Shown: positions 11,225 to 20,539 of the stretch, piece after piece
Layout of the letters: every line of letters starts with the position of its first letter
Position numbering within the stretch: the stretch's first letter is position 1
Assembly: GCA_963666835.2 (NCBI GenBank)
Contig: CAXXGO010000001.1
Location: 672,001-736,000, forward strand
Length of the DNA stretch: 64,000 nt
From: Phycisphaerae bacterium
Lineage (GTDB): Bacteria > Planctomycetota > Phycisphaerae > UBA1845
Direction: 5' to 3'
Made by a program: the position numbers and the translations under genes
The notes under the pieces: generated by a model
Database searches by the model: none
The model's input: the letters and a program-made list of their open reading frames with translations, nothing else
Told to the model about the DNA's origin: nothing

Positions 11225-11644
11225 ATGGCGTTGATGCCGAAACGAGTCAGATGGCGCAAGAGCCAGCGTGGTAAGATCCGCGGCAAGGCTTCGAGCGGCA
11301 ACATGTTGTCGTTCGGTGAGTTCGGGTTGCAGGCCCTGGCGCCGGGTTGGATCACGGGGCGGCAGATCGAGGCCGGCCGGGTTGCGGCGACGCACTACTT
11401 GCATCGTGAAGGTAATGTTTACGTTCGCATCTTCCCGCACAAGCCGGTTTCGTCGAAGCCGCTCGAAACGCGAATGGGTAAGGGCAAGGGAGATCCATCT
11501 TTTTGGGTTGCGTGCGTTCGCGAGGGCACGTTGCTGTTCGAGATCGGCGGCGTGGAAGAGGATGTCGCGCGTAATGCGTTAATGCGAGTTGCTCATAAAA
11601 TGCCGTGTCGGTGTCGTTTCGTTAAGCGGCGTCACGGTCTGTAG
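11225..11644 (+). CDS. rplP: 50S ribosomal protein L16
   Basis: [23 protein letters not shown]. Confidence 0.98.
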   Translation: MALMPKRVRWRKSQRGKIRGKASSGNMLSFGEFGLQALAPGWITGRQIEAGRVAATHYLHREGNVYVRIFPHKPVSSKPLETRMGKGKGDPSFWVACVREGTLLFEIGGVEEDVARNALMRVAHKMPCRCRFVKRRHGL

Positions 11645-11669
11645 TTGACTCCGGAGGATCACAAAGGCG

Positions 11670-11909
11670 ATGAAGATCAGTGAAATCCGGGAGATGAAGA
11701 CGGTGGAACTGCATGCCGAGCTGGATCATTTGCGGCGGCATCTTTTCGACCTTCGCGCCCAGGCGGTAACGGAAAAGCTGGAGAACCCGCATCAGGTTAC
11801 GGGGGTACGCAAGAGCGTAGCGCGGATCCTGACGGTGATGGGGGAGCGGGGTGAGACGGGCATCGAAGAGAAGCAGACGCACCTGGAGGCGGTAGCGCGC
11901 AAGCGTTGA
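11670..11909 (+). CDS. rpmC: 50S ribosomal protein L29
   Basis: LFDLR, LENPH, RKSVARILT; position after rplP. Confidence 0.95.
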   Translation: MKISEIREMKTVELHAELDHLRRHLFDLRAQAVTEKLENPHQVTGVRKSVARILTVMGERGETGIEEKQTHLEAVARKR

Positions 11910-11961
11910 GTATCGCAGAATGGGGCCGCGGGGCGATGTGGTGAACGCGGCGCATTGAAGG

Positions 11962-12252
11962 ATGTTTGAATCGATGACGGACGTATTGGAAAAGTTGGGA
12001 TCCGCTCGGGGAAGCCGGGATCGCCGGGTTGGCACGGTGTTGTCGCGAAGCGGCGACAAGTCAATCAGGGTCCGATTCGAGTATTCGATCAAACATCCGA
12101 TGTACGGCAAGTACATCAAGCGGTCGACGACCCTGCACACGCACGACGAGAAGAACGAAGCGAAGACGGGTGATGTCGTCGAGGTGACTGCCTGCCGGCG
12201 GCTGTCGAAGACGAAATGTTGGCGGCTGACACGGATTATCCGCTCGGTTTAG
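11962..12252 (+). CDS. rpsQ: 30S ribosomal protein S17
   Basis: HPMYGKYIKRS, HDEKN, GDVVE, LSKTKCW; start may be ATG 11974. Confidence 0.96.
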   Translation: MFESMTDVLEKLGSARGSRDRRVGTVLSRSGDKSIRVRFEYSIKHPMYGKYIKRSTTLHTHDEKNEAKTGDVVEVTACRRLSKTKCWRLTRIIRSV

Positions 12253-12302
12253 TGGCGGACGGCGGGTTGCGGGGATAGGCCCGACAGGATTAGGACGCAA
12301 CG

Positions 12303-12719
12303 ATGATTCAGATGCAAACCGTGGTGGACGTGTGTGACAACACAGGCGCGAAAGCGGCTATGGTGTTCAACGTCTACAAGGGGAGCACCGCTCGGCGCGG
12401 CAAGAAACGCCTGAAGAGGGCGAAGGTCGGTGATATCGTCCTGGTGACCGTGAAGCGATGTTTGCCCAACAGCGATTTTTCCGGCGGCAACGACCGGAAG
12501 GACCGGGCGAAGCGTCGCAAAGCGCGGGCGGTGGTGGTTCGGACGAAGGGGCCGACTCGGCGACGGGACGGTAGCTATGTTCGGTTCGATACAAACGCGG
12601 TTGTGCTGATTGACGAGCGAAATGAACCGCGCGGGACGCGGATATTCGGAGCAGTGGCCCGTGAGCTTCGCGAGAAGAACTTTATGAAGATCGTCTCGCT
12701 GGCGGAAGAAGTGGTATAG
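12303..12719 (+). CDS. rplN: 50S ribosomal protein L14
   Basis: [37 protein letters not shown]. Confidence 0.97.
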   Translation: MIQMQTVVDVCDNTGAKAAMVFNVYKGSTARRGKKRLKRAKVGDIVLVTVKRCLPNSDFSGGNDRKDRAKRRKARAVVVRTKGPTRRRDGSYVRFDTNAVVLIDERNEPRGTRIFGAVARELREKNFMKIVSLAEEVV

Positions 12720-12790
12720 GGGCTTGGGCGGTCTGGCGGGTTTTTTGCGAAACGGCCGCTTGCCGGGTTGAGTTTTGTGCATAGGCGGTA

Positions 12791-13147
12791 GTGATGGCGC
12801 TACGCATTCGAAAGAATGATTTAGTGGAAGTGATCTCCGGGGACCACCGGGGTGAGCGCGGGAAGGTTTTGCGTATTGAGCCGCGGCGCGGGCTGGTGGT
12901 CGTCGAGGGTGTGAACATGGTTTATCGGCACGTTCGTCCGACGCGGCGCAATCCGCAGGGCGGGCGGGTGCAGAAGGAAGCACCCATCCATCTGTCGAAT
13001 GTTCTGCCGTTCGATTCGGGCGCCGGAAAAGGGCAGCATGCCCACTTTGAGGTCAAGTGCGACGATCGAGGCCGTGTGGTGTCGAAGCGCCGCGTGACGA
13101 GTGCCGGGACGGTCCTGCACGTACTGAGTCGCGAGGAGCGGAAGTAG
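12791..13147 (+). CDS. rplX: 50S ribosomal protein L24
   Basis: KOW motif DLVEVISGDHRGERGKV, EAPIHLSNV. Confidence 0.96.
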   Translation: MMALRIRKNDLVEVISGDHRGERGKVLRIEPRRGLVVVEGVNMVYRHVRPTRRNPQGGRVQKEAPIHLSNVLPFDSGAGKGQHAHFEVKCDDRGRVVSKRRVTSAGTVLHVLSREERK

Positions 13148-13188
13148 GCTGGGCGGATCACCGTCGCCGGATTGCGGAGCCGGGTTCG

Positions 13189-13746
13189 ATGAGCAGATTG
13201 CTGGAGCAGTACAGGAACGAGATTGAACCCGCCTTGCGGGAAGATCTCGGCATTACCAACCCCATGGCGGTCCCCCGCCTGACCAAGGTCGTGGTATCGA
13301 TGGGGACGGGGTCGCCGGCGATCGACAAGACGCGATGTGCGGCCGCGGCGGAAGACCTGGGGAAGATCACGGGTCAGCGGGCGCAGATTCGCCGTTCGCG
13401 GAAAGCGGTGTCCAACTTCAAGACGCGGCGAGATATGGAAGTCGGTTGCCGGGTGACGTTGCGCGGCAAGCGGATGTATGAGTTTGTAGATCGCCTGGTG
13501 AACGCAGCTATTCCGCGCTTACGTGACTTTCGAGGGTTGAACCCCCGGAGTTTTGACGGGCGAGGCAACTATTCTATGGGAGTGTCCGACCAGTCGGTTT
13601 TTCCGGAGATTGACGTAACGAAGATAGCCCATACGCAAGGTATGAACATCACCTTCGTTACGTCGGCCAAGAGCGATTCGGACGGTCGGGCGTTGTTGGA
13701 TAAACTGGGTATGCCGTTCAGAAAAACGGAACAGCAGAGTAACTGA
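13189..13746 (+). CDS. rplE: 50S ribosomal protein L5
   Basis: [34 protein letters not shown]; start ATG 13189. Confidence 0.97.
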   Translation: MSRLLEQYRNEIEPALREDLGITNPMAVPRLTKVVVSMGTGSPAIDKTRCAAAAEDLGKITGQRAQIRRSRKAVSNFKTRRDMEVGCRVTLRGKRMYEFVDRLVNAAIPRLRDFRGLNPRSFDGRGNYSMGVSDQSVFPEIDVTKIAHTQGMNITFVTSAKSDSDGRALLDKLGMPFRKTEQQSN

Positions 13747-13931
13747 TGGCGACCAAAGCATGGATCGCTAAGGCTAGCAGGGAACCTAAGTTCTCGACCC
13801 GGCACGTGCGGCGTTGTCAGCTTTGCGGCCGGTCGCGCGCCGTGTATCGCAAGTTTCAGGTTTGTCGAATTTGTCTTCGGACCCTTGCTTTGGAAGGGAT
13901 GATTCCGGGGATGCGGAAGGCGAGCTGGTAG
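13746..13931 (+). CDS. rpsN: 30S ribosomal protein S14, zinc-binding type Z
   Basis: 61 aa with CQLC...CRIC and [16 protein letters not shown] overlap with rplE. Confidence 0.97.
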   Translation: MATKAWIAKASREPKFSTRHVRRCQLCGRSRAVYRKFQVCRICLRTLALEGMIPGMRKASW

Positions 13932-13983
13932 GCAGTGCGGGGTATGGACTGGTGGTTCGGGACTATCGCGGAAGGTACTTACG

Positions 13984-14379
13984 ATGTGGTCTGATCCGAT
14001 CGCGGATATGCTGACAAGAATCCGGAATGCCAACAGGGTTCGGCGGAAGCAGGTTGTGATTCCTTCGTCGAAGGTGAAGGTGGGTATTGCGAGCGTCTTG
14101 AAGGACGAGGGCTATATCCGCGCGTTCGACGTCGTGGAGGACAACAAGCAAGGCCTGCTGCGGATCGATCTGAAATACGGGCCGCGCGGCGAGGACGTGA
14201 TTCACAACGTCCAGCGGAGTTCGCGGGGCGGGTGTCGAGTATACAAGAAGGCCGCGGAGTTGCCGCGGGTTCTTGACGGGCTGGGAATCGCCATTGTCTC
14301 GACGAGTTCGGGCATTATGAGTGACCGCGTCTGCCGCGAGCGCGGCGTCGGCGGCGAGTTGCTCTGCACGGTTTATTGA
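13984..14379 (+). CDS. rpsH: 30S ribosomal protein S8
   Basis: DPIADMLTRIRNA, GLGIAIVSTSSG, GGELLC. Confidence 0.98.
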   Translation: MWSDPIADMLTRIRNANRVRRKQVVIPSSKVKVGIASVLKDEGYIRAFDVVEDNKQGLLRIDLKYGPRGEDVIHNVQRSSRGGCRVYKKAAELPRVLDGLGIAIVSTSSGIMSDRVCRERGVGGELLCTVY

Positions 14380-14422
14380 GTGAAGTGGACCCGGCGACGG
14401 CCGGCTTGATGGGAAGCGTTGG

Positions 14423-15019
14423 ATGTCACGAGTAGGGAAACAACCGATTGCCGTACCGGGTGGGGTCAGCGTGAAGACCTCCGGGCGGCAGATCTCGGTC
14501 AAGGGCCCCAAGGGCGAGTTGTCGATTGAGTATCCTGCAACCGCTGAGGTGGTGTTCGACGAGGCGGCGAAGTCCATCAACGTCACTCGGGTGAATGACG
14601 CGAAGCAGAGTCGGGCGAATCACGGTCTGACCAGGGCGTTGATCGCGAATATGGTCACGGGGGTCTCCGAGGGTTTCAAGAAGGAACTGGAGATCTACGG
14701 GACCGGGTACAACTGCAAGCTTCAGGGCAAGGTTCTGCATCTGAACATCGGCTACATGGGGCGCCGGCGGGGCTTGGGGTCGCAGTTTGAGCTGCAGGTT
14801 CCGGACGGGGTCGAGGTAGTCGTTGAGAAAGAGGCGGCGCGGGGCGACACGGACCCGGCGAAGCTGACGATTCAGGGATGTGACAAGCAGAGCGTAGGGC
14901 AGTTTGCGTCCGAGATTCGGGCGTTGCGGAAGACGGAACCGTACAAGGGCAAGGGTATCCGGTATGCGGGCGAATACGTCAAACGCAAGCAGGGTAAGGC
15001 TCTTGCCGGTGGCGGTTAG
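14423..15019 (+). CDS. rplF: 50S ribosomal protein L6
   Basis: MSRVGKQPI, VKGPKGEL, EPYKGKGIRY. Confidence 0.97.
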   Translation: MSRVGKQPIAVPGGVSVKTSGRQISVKGPKGELSIEYPATAEVVFDEAAKSINVTRVNDAKQSRANHGLTRALIANMVTGVSEGFKKELEIYGTGYNCKLQGKVLHLNIGYMGRRRGLGSQFELQVPDGVEVVVEKEAARGDTDPAKLTIQGCDKQSVGQFASEIRALRKTEPYKGKGIRYAGEYVKRKQGKALAGGG

Positions 15020-15061
15020 TGCGTAGCGGCAAGCGTATTAGCATTCAGAAGAACGGGCATC

Positions 15062-15430
15062 ATGGAAGGAAACAGGATTAGGGTAATGCGGAGAACACGC
15101 CGTCGGCGTGGGATTCGCAAGCGCGTCTGCGGAACCGGGGCGCGTCCGCGCTTGACGGTCTTTCGCAGCGCGAAGCACATTTATGCCCAGATTATCGATG
15201 ATGAGCGCGGGGTTACGCTGTGCGGCGCCAGCACTCGGGACAAGGGTCTAAGTGACCAGATCAAGTACGGCGGCAACGTGGCCGCGGCTAAGATCGTTGG
15301 TGAATGTCTTGGGAAGCGGGCGGCCGAGCACGATATCAAGCAGGTGTGTTTCGATCGAAACGGGTATCGGTTTCACGGTCGCATTAAGGGCCTGGCCGAT
15401 GGAGCCCGCGAGGCGGGACTTGAGTTCTAG
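15062..15430 (+). CDS. rplR: 50S ribosomal protein L18
   Basis: [27 protein letters not shown]. Confidence 0.97.
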   Translation: MEGNRIRVMRRTRRRRGIRKRVCGTGARPRLTVFRSAKHIYAQIIDDERGVTLCGASTRDKGLSDQIKYGGNVAAAKIVGECLGKRAAEHDIKQVCFDRNGYRFHGRIKGLADGAREAGLEF

Positions 15431-15482
15431 GTTTGTAACGTAAGCGGCACGGCCCGTGTGGCCGACCGAGTGAGAGCAGACG

Positions 15483-16001
15483 ATGACGGGAGTTCCTCCA
15501 GACGCCGGGCATTTCGCTGACTCGACGGAAGAGCAGCCCTTTGATGAGAACGTGGTTAAGATCTACCGTTGTGCCGCGGTGGTTCGGGGCGGTCGGCGGT
15601 TCAGTTTTGCGTCGCTGGTGGTCGTCGGCGACCGCAACGGGAACGTTGGGGTCGGCTACGGCAAGGCGAAGGAAGTACCGGCTTCGGTAGAGAAGGCCAG
15701 GAAGATTGCCACCAGAGCGATCACACCGATCAAGCTGGCCGGGCGCACGCTTCCGCATCGGGTGATCGGGCGGTTCGGAGCAAGCTCGGTTGTGATGGTC
15801 CCGGCCAGTCCGGGAACGGGCGTAATCGCGGGCGGGAGCGTCCGGGCGGTGTTAGAACTTGCCGGCGTCCACGATGTGCTAACAAAGAGCTACGGGTCGA
15901 ACAGTCCGAAGAATCTGGTTCGGGCGACGTTTGACGGGTTGATGCAGTTGGTCAGCCGCGAGGATGTCGAGCGTTTGCGCGGTGTGAAGCTCACTGGGTA
16001 A
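15483..16001 (+). CDS. rpsE: 30S ribosomal protein S5
   Basis: VVRGGRRFSF, GKAKEVP, PASPGTGVIAGG. Confidence 0.97.
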   Translation: MTGVPPDAGHFADSTEEQPFDENVVKIYRCAAVVRGGRRFSFASLVVVGDRNGNVGVGYGKAKEVPASVEKARKIATRAITPIKLAGRTLPHRVIGRFGASSVVMVPASPGTGVIAGGSVRAVLELAGVHDVLTKSYGSNSPKNLVRATFDGLMQLVSREDVERLRGVKLTG

Positions 16002-16010
16002 CACCTTAAG

Positions 16011-16457
16011 ATGAACATAACCGAAGTTACTAAGCAGGCTGGAGCGAGGAAGCAGCGGAAGCGCGTCGGGCGTGGTCGAGGCTCCGGTCTCGGTAAAACG
16101 GCCGGTCGAGGCCACAAAGGCGCGGGGTCGCGGGCTGGGGCAACGCGCCGGGCGATGCGCGAAGGTGGGCAAATGCCTACTTTCCGGCGGATGCCGAAGC
16201 GCGGCTTCAGCAACGTCCAGTTCAGGACCCGATACAACGTGGTTAACGTAGCCTCTCTTGAGGAGCGATACGAGGCGGGAGCGCACGTCACCGCGCAGTC
16301 TCTGTTGGAAGCCGGTCTTATCCGGAACCTGCGTTTTCCGGTGAAGGTTCTCGGTGACGGCGAGTTGACCAAGAAGTTGGTCGTGGACGCGGCCAAGTTC
16401 AGCGAGTCGGCGATGCAGAAGATCAAAGCGGCTGGCGGCGAGGCCAATATCTCGTAG
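16011..16457 (+). CDS. rplO: 50S ribosomal protein L15
   Basis: RVGRGRGSGLGKTAGRGHKG, EGGQMP, PKRGF. Confidence 0.98.
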   Translation: MNITEVTKQAGARKQRKRVGRGRGSGLGKTAGRGHKGAGSRAGATRRAMREGGQMPTFRRMPKRGFSNVQFRTRYNVVNVASLEERYEAGAHVTAQSLLEAGLIRNLRFPVKVLGDGELTKKLVVDAAKFSESAMQKIKAAGGEANIS

Positions 16458-16496
16458 CGCGCGTGAGGCGCTAAGAACGGAACGAAATACGAAGAC

Positions 16497-17864
16497 ATGT
16501 TTGCGACATTCCTAAACATCTTCAAGATTCCGGAGCTGCGCAACAAGATCCTGTTTACGATCGGGATGTTGGCGGCTTATCGGATTGGGTTCTGCGTTCC
16601 GGTTCCCGGGGTTGACCAGTTGAAGATGAGCGGCGGCGGTGGCGGCGGCAGCCCGCTTGGTGAACTGATGGATTATTTCCAGCTTTTCACCGGAGGTAAC
16701 CTCAGGCAGAGCACGATTTTCGGATTGGGGATCATGCCGTATATCTCCGCGTCCATTATTTTCCAGCTTCTGGTGACGGTCGTTCCGTCCCTGGAGAAGC
16801 TCTCCCAGGAGGGGGAGACCGGGCGGAAGAAGATCCAAGAGTATACTCGTTACGCAACGGTCGTGCTGTGCCTGGTTAACGCGGCCTTCTGGATGAAGTA
16901 TCTGTCGTCGAAGGATCTGATCTTCCCGGATTTCCAGGGTGGCTTCTTGGGCATGACTTTCACGTATATGTCCATGTCGCTGCTGGTTTTGACGGCGGGG
17001 ACGGTCTTTTTGATGTGGCTGGGCGAGCAGATTGACGAGTATGGGATCGGCAACGGGATCTCGTTGATCATCATGGCCGGGATCGTGTGCCGGATGCCGG
17101 AGGCGGTAGTCTGGATTGCGAGGAACACGACCCTGAAGGGTTCGGCCGGTCCGGGTGAGATGGACGTTCCGAAGATTCTGTTCCTGGTCATCATGTTTGC
17201 CGGAGTGGTTGCCGGGGCCATTTTGATTACCCAAGGCCAACGGCGGATACCGATCCAGCAGGCGAAGCAGACCCGCGGTCGGCGAGTATATGGCGGCCAG
17301 CGGCATTACTTGCCGTTGCGGGTCAACCACGGCGGGGTCATGCCGATCATCTTCGCTAGTTCGATGTTGATCTTCCCGAGTATGATTTTCGGTGCTCTCT
17401 ACACTTATTGGCCCAACGCGTTCTGGGGGTTTATGAGTAGCTCCTTTTCGAACGGCAGTTACTTGTACGTGGTAGCGTACATTGTCGCGGTTTACTTCTT
17501 CGCGTATTTCTGGACGACGGTGCAGTTCCGCCCGAAGGAGATGGCGAACAATCTGCGGGACTACGGGAGTTTCATTCCAGGCTTGCGTCCGGGGAAGCGG
17601 ACGGCGGACTATCTCGAGCGGGTGATGGGGCGCATCACGTACGTCGGGGCCGGCTTCCTTGCGATTATTGCGATTATTCCCACGCTCGTGGCGGGATGGC
17701 TGAACATTCCGTTCATGGTGTCGGCATTCCTCGGTGGAACGGGTTTGCTGATTGTGGTGAGCGTTACGCTTGACTTGGTCCAGCGCATCGAGGCGAACCT
17801 GATTATGCGTAATTACAAGGGTTTCCTCGGGGATGATGGTCCGATCAAGGGGTCGCATAGTTAA
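16497..17864 (+). CDS. secY: Preprotein translocase subunit SecY
   Basis: LGIMPYISASII, WLGEQI, GIGNGISLII, FIPGLRPG, GGTGLLIVV. Confidence 0.98.
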   Translation: MFATFLNIFKIPELRNKILFTIGMLAAYRIGFCVPVPGVDQLKMSGGGGGGSPLGELMDYFQLFTGGNLRQSTIFGLGIMPYISASIIFQLLVTVVPSLEKLSQEGETGRKKIQEYTRYATVVLCLVNAAFWMKYLSSKDLIFPDFQGGFLGMTFTYMSMSLLVLTAGTVFLMWLGEQIDEYGIGNGISLIIMAGIVCRMPEAVVWIARNTTLKGSAGPGEMDVPKILFLVIMFAGVVAGAILITQGQRRIPIQQAKQTRGRRVYGGQRHYLPLRVNHGGVMPIIFASSMLIFPSMIFGALYTYWPNAFWGFMSSSFSNGSYLYVVAYIVAVYFFAYFWTTVQFRPKEMANNLRDYGSFIPGLRPGKRTADYLERVMGRITYVGAGFLAIIAIIPTLVAGWLNIPFMVSAFLGGTGLLIVVSVTLDLVQRIEANLIMRNYKGFLGDDGPIKGSHS

Positions 17865-17983
17865 GAGTTTTCGGCGGCCCGAATGGGTGGTGAGGAGTCT
17901 GTCGCGAGATTGGTCCTGCAGAGCGGAATGTGGATGGCCCGGCTGGGCGTGTTGATGTGTAGTAGTCGACCCGGAGAGTACAG

Positions 17984-18787
17984 GTGTTTCGGGTGATGCA
18001 ACGCCGCGGGATCATCCTGAAGAGCGCTCGCGAGATCGAGTTGATGCGCGAAGCGGGTCGGGTAGTCCGCCGGGTGCTGGAGCGAGTGACGGAGCTGGCT
18101 CAGGCGGGCGTGACGACGGCCGAGCTGAACGCGGTTGCTGAAAAGCTGATTGCGGAGTCCGGCGGGGTCCCTCTTTTCAAGGGGGTAGAGAACCCGCAGG
18201 CGAAGTTCCCGTTTCCGGCGGCACTTTGCACCAGCGTCAATGAAGAGCTGGTTCACGGGATCCCGGCGGACCGGGCTCTTTGTGTCGGTGACGTCGTCAG
18301 TGTGGATTGCGGCGTCCGGATGGCCGGGTATTGCGGTGACGCGGCGACGACGATTGCGGTTGGGGAGGTTTCGCAAGAGGTTCGGTTGCTGTTGGACGTG
18401 ACCCGCGGGGCGTTGGACTTGGCGGTTGAGCTGATTCGGCCGGGTTTGTCATGGAGCAAGGTAGCGTCGCGGATGCAGCAGCATGTAGAAGCGGCGGGTT
18501 TCTCGGTTGTTCGCGATTTCGTCGGCCACGGGATTGGTCGCGAGATGCATGAGGAACCGAAGGTGCCGAACTACTGGGATAGTAGACAGCGAAGCAGCGA
18601 CTTCGAGTTGAAGACCGGTATGGTGATCGCGGTGGAGCCGATGGTTAACATGGGCACGCACGCGGTCGAGTATGCGAGTGAAGATCGGTGGGGCGTTGTG
18701 ACCCGCGACCGGAAGTATGCCGCGCATTTTGAGCACACGATCGCGGTGACGGATTCGGGCGCGGATGTCCTTACTGATGGACGGTAG
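17984..18787 (+). CDS. map: Type I methionine aminopeptidase
   Basis: SVNEELVHGIP, GHGIG..MHEEP, EPM, AHFEHT; start may be ATG 17996. Confidence 0.96.
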   Translation: MFRVMQRRGIILKSAREIELMREAGRVVRRVLERVTELAQAGVTTAELNAVAEKLIAESGGVPLFKGVENPQAKFPFPAALCTSVNEELVHGIPADRALCVGDVVSVDCGVRMAGYCGDAATTIAVGEVSQEVRLLLDVTRGALDLAVELIRPGLSWSKVASRMQQHVEAAGFSVVRDFVGHGIGREMHEEPKVPNYWDSRQRSSDFELKTGMVIAVEPMVNMGTHAVEYASEDRWGVVTRDRKYAAHFEHTIAVTDSGADVLTDGR

Positions 18788-18836
18788 TTGGATAAGGCGG
18801 GTTCCGCCGATGCGGATCGACTAAGGCGGTGGGCTG

Positions 18837-18950
18837 ATGAAGGTAAGAGCAAGCGTTCGACGCATCTGCGAGAACTGCAGGATTGTGAAGCGTAAGGGTG
18901 TTGTGCGGGTCGTCTGTACGAATCCTCGCCACAAGCAGCGTCAGGGATAA
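18837..18950 (+). CDS. rpmJ: 50S ribosomal protein L36 (absent from the ORF track; 37 aa)
   Basis: Manual translation [37 protein letters not shown], Zn-ribbon form. Confidence 0.97.
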   Translation: MKVRASVRRICENCRIVKRKGVVRVVCTNPRHKQRQG

Positions 18951-18961
18951 GGAGGGCCAAG

Positions 18962-19345
18962 ATGCCGCGTATCGCCGGTGTTGACATCCCGAATAATAAG
19001 CGGATTGAGTACGCGCTTCGGTACATTTATGGGATCGGCCCGAAGATCGCTTTGGACGTACTGAAGGAAGCGGAGATCGAGGTCCACGTGAAAGCGAAGG
19101 ACCTCACCGAAGAAGAGATCACGCGCATAGGTGGGGTTATTGACCGGACCTGTCAGGTGGAGGGGCTCCTTCGTCGGACGGTACAGTCGAACATTGCGCG
19201 TTTGAAGGACATTCGATGCTATCGGGGGCTGCGGCACCGGGCGCACCTTCCGGTTCGGGGGCAGCGGACCCGGACCAATGCGCGGACGCGCAAGGGTCCG
19301 AAGAAGACTGTCGCCGGCAAGAAGAGTGTGAAGGAATTGCGCTAA
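18962..19345 (+). CDS. rpsM: 30S ribosomal protein S13
   Basis: [33 protein letters not shown]. Confidence 0.98.
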   Translation: MPRIAGVDIPNNKRIEYALRYIYGIGPKIALDVLKEAEIEVHVKAKDLTEEEITRIGGVIDRTCQVEGLLRRTVQSNIARLKDIRCYRGLRHRAHLPVRGQRTRTNARTRKGPKKTVAGKKSVKELR

Positions 19346-19357
19346 AGGAGGCGTTGC

Positions 19358-19741
19358 GTGGCGAAGCGAGGTGGCAAACGAAGGATTCGGCGAAATGTGG
19401 CGCGGGGTATTGCGCATATCAAGGCGACCTTCAACAATACCCTGATTACCATTACGGATATTAACGGCGATGTGCTATGTTCCGGTTCCGCGGGCACCGC
19501 GGGATTCAAGGGGACGCGTAAGAGCACGCCGTTTGCGGCGCAGCGCGCGGTTGAGCAGGTTGCGCATGCGGCCAGGAAGTTTGGCATGCAGGAGGTGGAG
19601 GTCCGCGTGAAGGGACCGGGTACGGGTCGGGATTCGGCGGTTACCGCGCTGCAGGCGGCGGGGCTTCGGATTTATTCGATCGAAGATGTGACTCCGCTTC
19701 CGCACAATGGGTGCCGGCCGGCGAAGAGGCGGCGAGTATAG
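19358..19741 (+). CDS. rpsK: 30S ribosomal protein S11
   Basis: [27 protein letters not shown]. Confidence 0.98.
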   Translation: MAKRGGKRRIRRNVARGIAHIKATFNNTLITITDINGDVLCSGSAGTAGFKGTRKSTPFAAQRAVEQVAHAARKFGMQEVEVRVKGPGTGRDSAVTALQAAGLRIYSIEDVTPLPHNGCRPAKRRRV

Positions 19742-19830
19742 CGGCGGTCCTCGCGCAGAGGGTATCGGAATAGTAGTGGGCCGGTCCGGAACGGTTGGCC
19801 CTGGATAAGAAACGATCATCGGACAAAGCC

Positions 19831-20460
19831 ATGGGACGTTACATCGGACCGGTCTGTCGTCTATGTCGCCGCGAGAGCGTCAAGTTGATGCTGAAGGGCG
19901 CGCGTTGCGAGACCGCCAAGTGCGCAATGGAGAAGCAATGGCGTAACCGCCCGCCGGGCATGCATGCCTGGCGTCGTCGCAAGACGGGCGATTATGGGAT
20001 TCGGTTACGTGAGAAGCAGAAGGTCAAGCGGTATTACGGCGTGTTTGAACGCCAGTTTATGATCTACTTCCGGATTGCGGAGCGCATGAAGGTCAATACC
20101 GGCGAGGCGCTGCTTGGTTTGCTTGAGAGGCGGCTGGACAACGCGGTATGGAAACTCGGGTTTGCGCCCTCGCACCGGGCTTCTCGGGTTGCGGTGTCAC
20201 ACGGGCACATTTATGTGAACGGGCGTCGCGTTAACCGACCGAGTTATCTGGTTCAGGAGGGTGACCGGATTTCGGTTAAGCCGTCGGAGCGCAGCAAGAA
20301 GTTTGTGCGGGAGGCCCTTGGAGAGGGGGGGGTGTCTCCACAGGCATGGCTGCAACTGGATGCCGGCACGTTGGAGGGGACCGTGATGGCGATGCCGACG
20401 CGGGAGGACGTGCAGATCCCGGTTGAAGAGCAGTTGATCATCGAGATGTGTAGTCGTTAG
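19831..20460 (+). CDS. rpsD: 30S ribosomal protein S4, Cys (Zn) form
   Basis: MGRYIGPVCRLCRRE, LREKQK, LERRLDN; start ATG 19831. Confidence 0.97.
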   Translation: MGRYIGPVCRLCRRESVKLMLKGARCETAKCAMEKQWRNRPPGMHAWRRRKTGDYGIRLREKQKVKRYYGVFERQFMIYFRIAERMKVNTGEALLGLLERRLDNAVWKLGFAPSHRASRVAVSHGHIYVNGRRVNRPSYLVQEGDRISVKPSERSKKFVREALGEGGVSPQAWLQLDAGTLEGTVMAMPTREDVQIPVEEQLIIEMCSR

Positions 20461-20539
20461 GGTTGTGGCCCCGGCATGACGGCGGGGGTCGGCGGCAACG
20501 TAGTTTCATCCCGGCTGGAGCCGGTTGGAGGTCATCCCG

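Noticed and set aside
12720..12790. T-run after rplN as a terminator
   Set aside because: No convincing stem precedes the TTTTTT.
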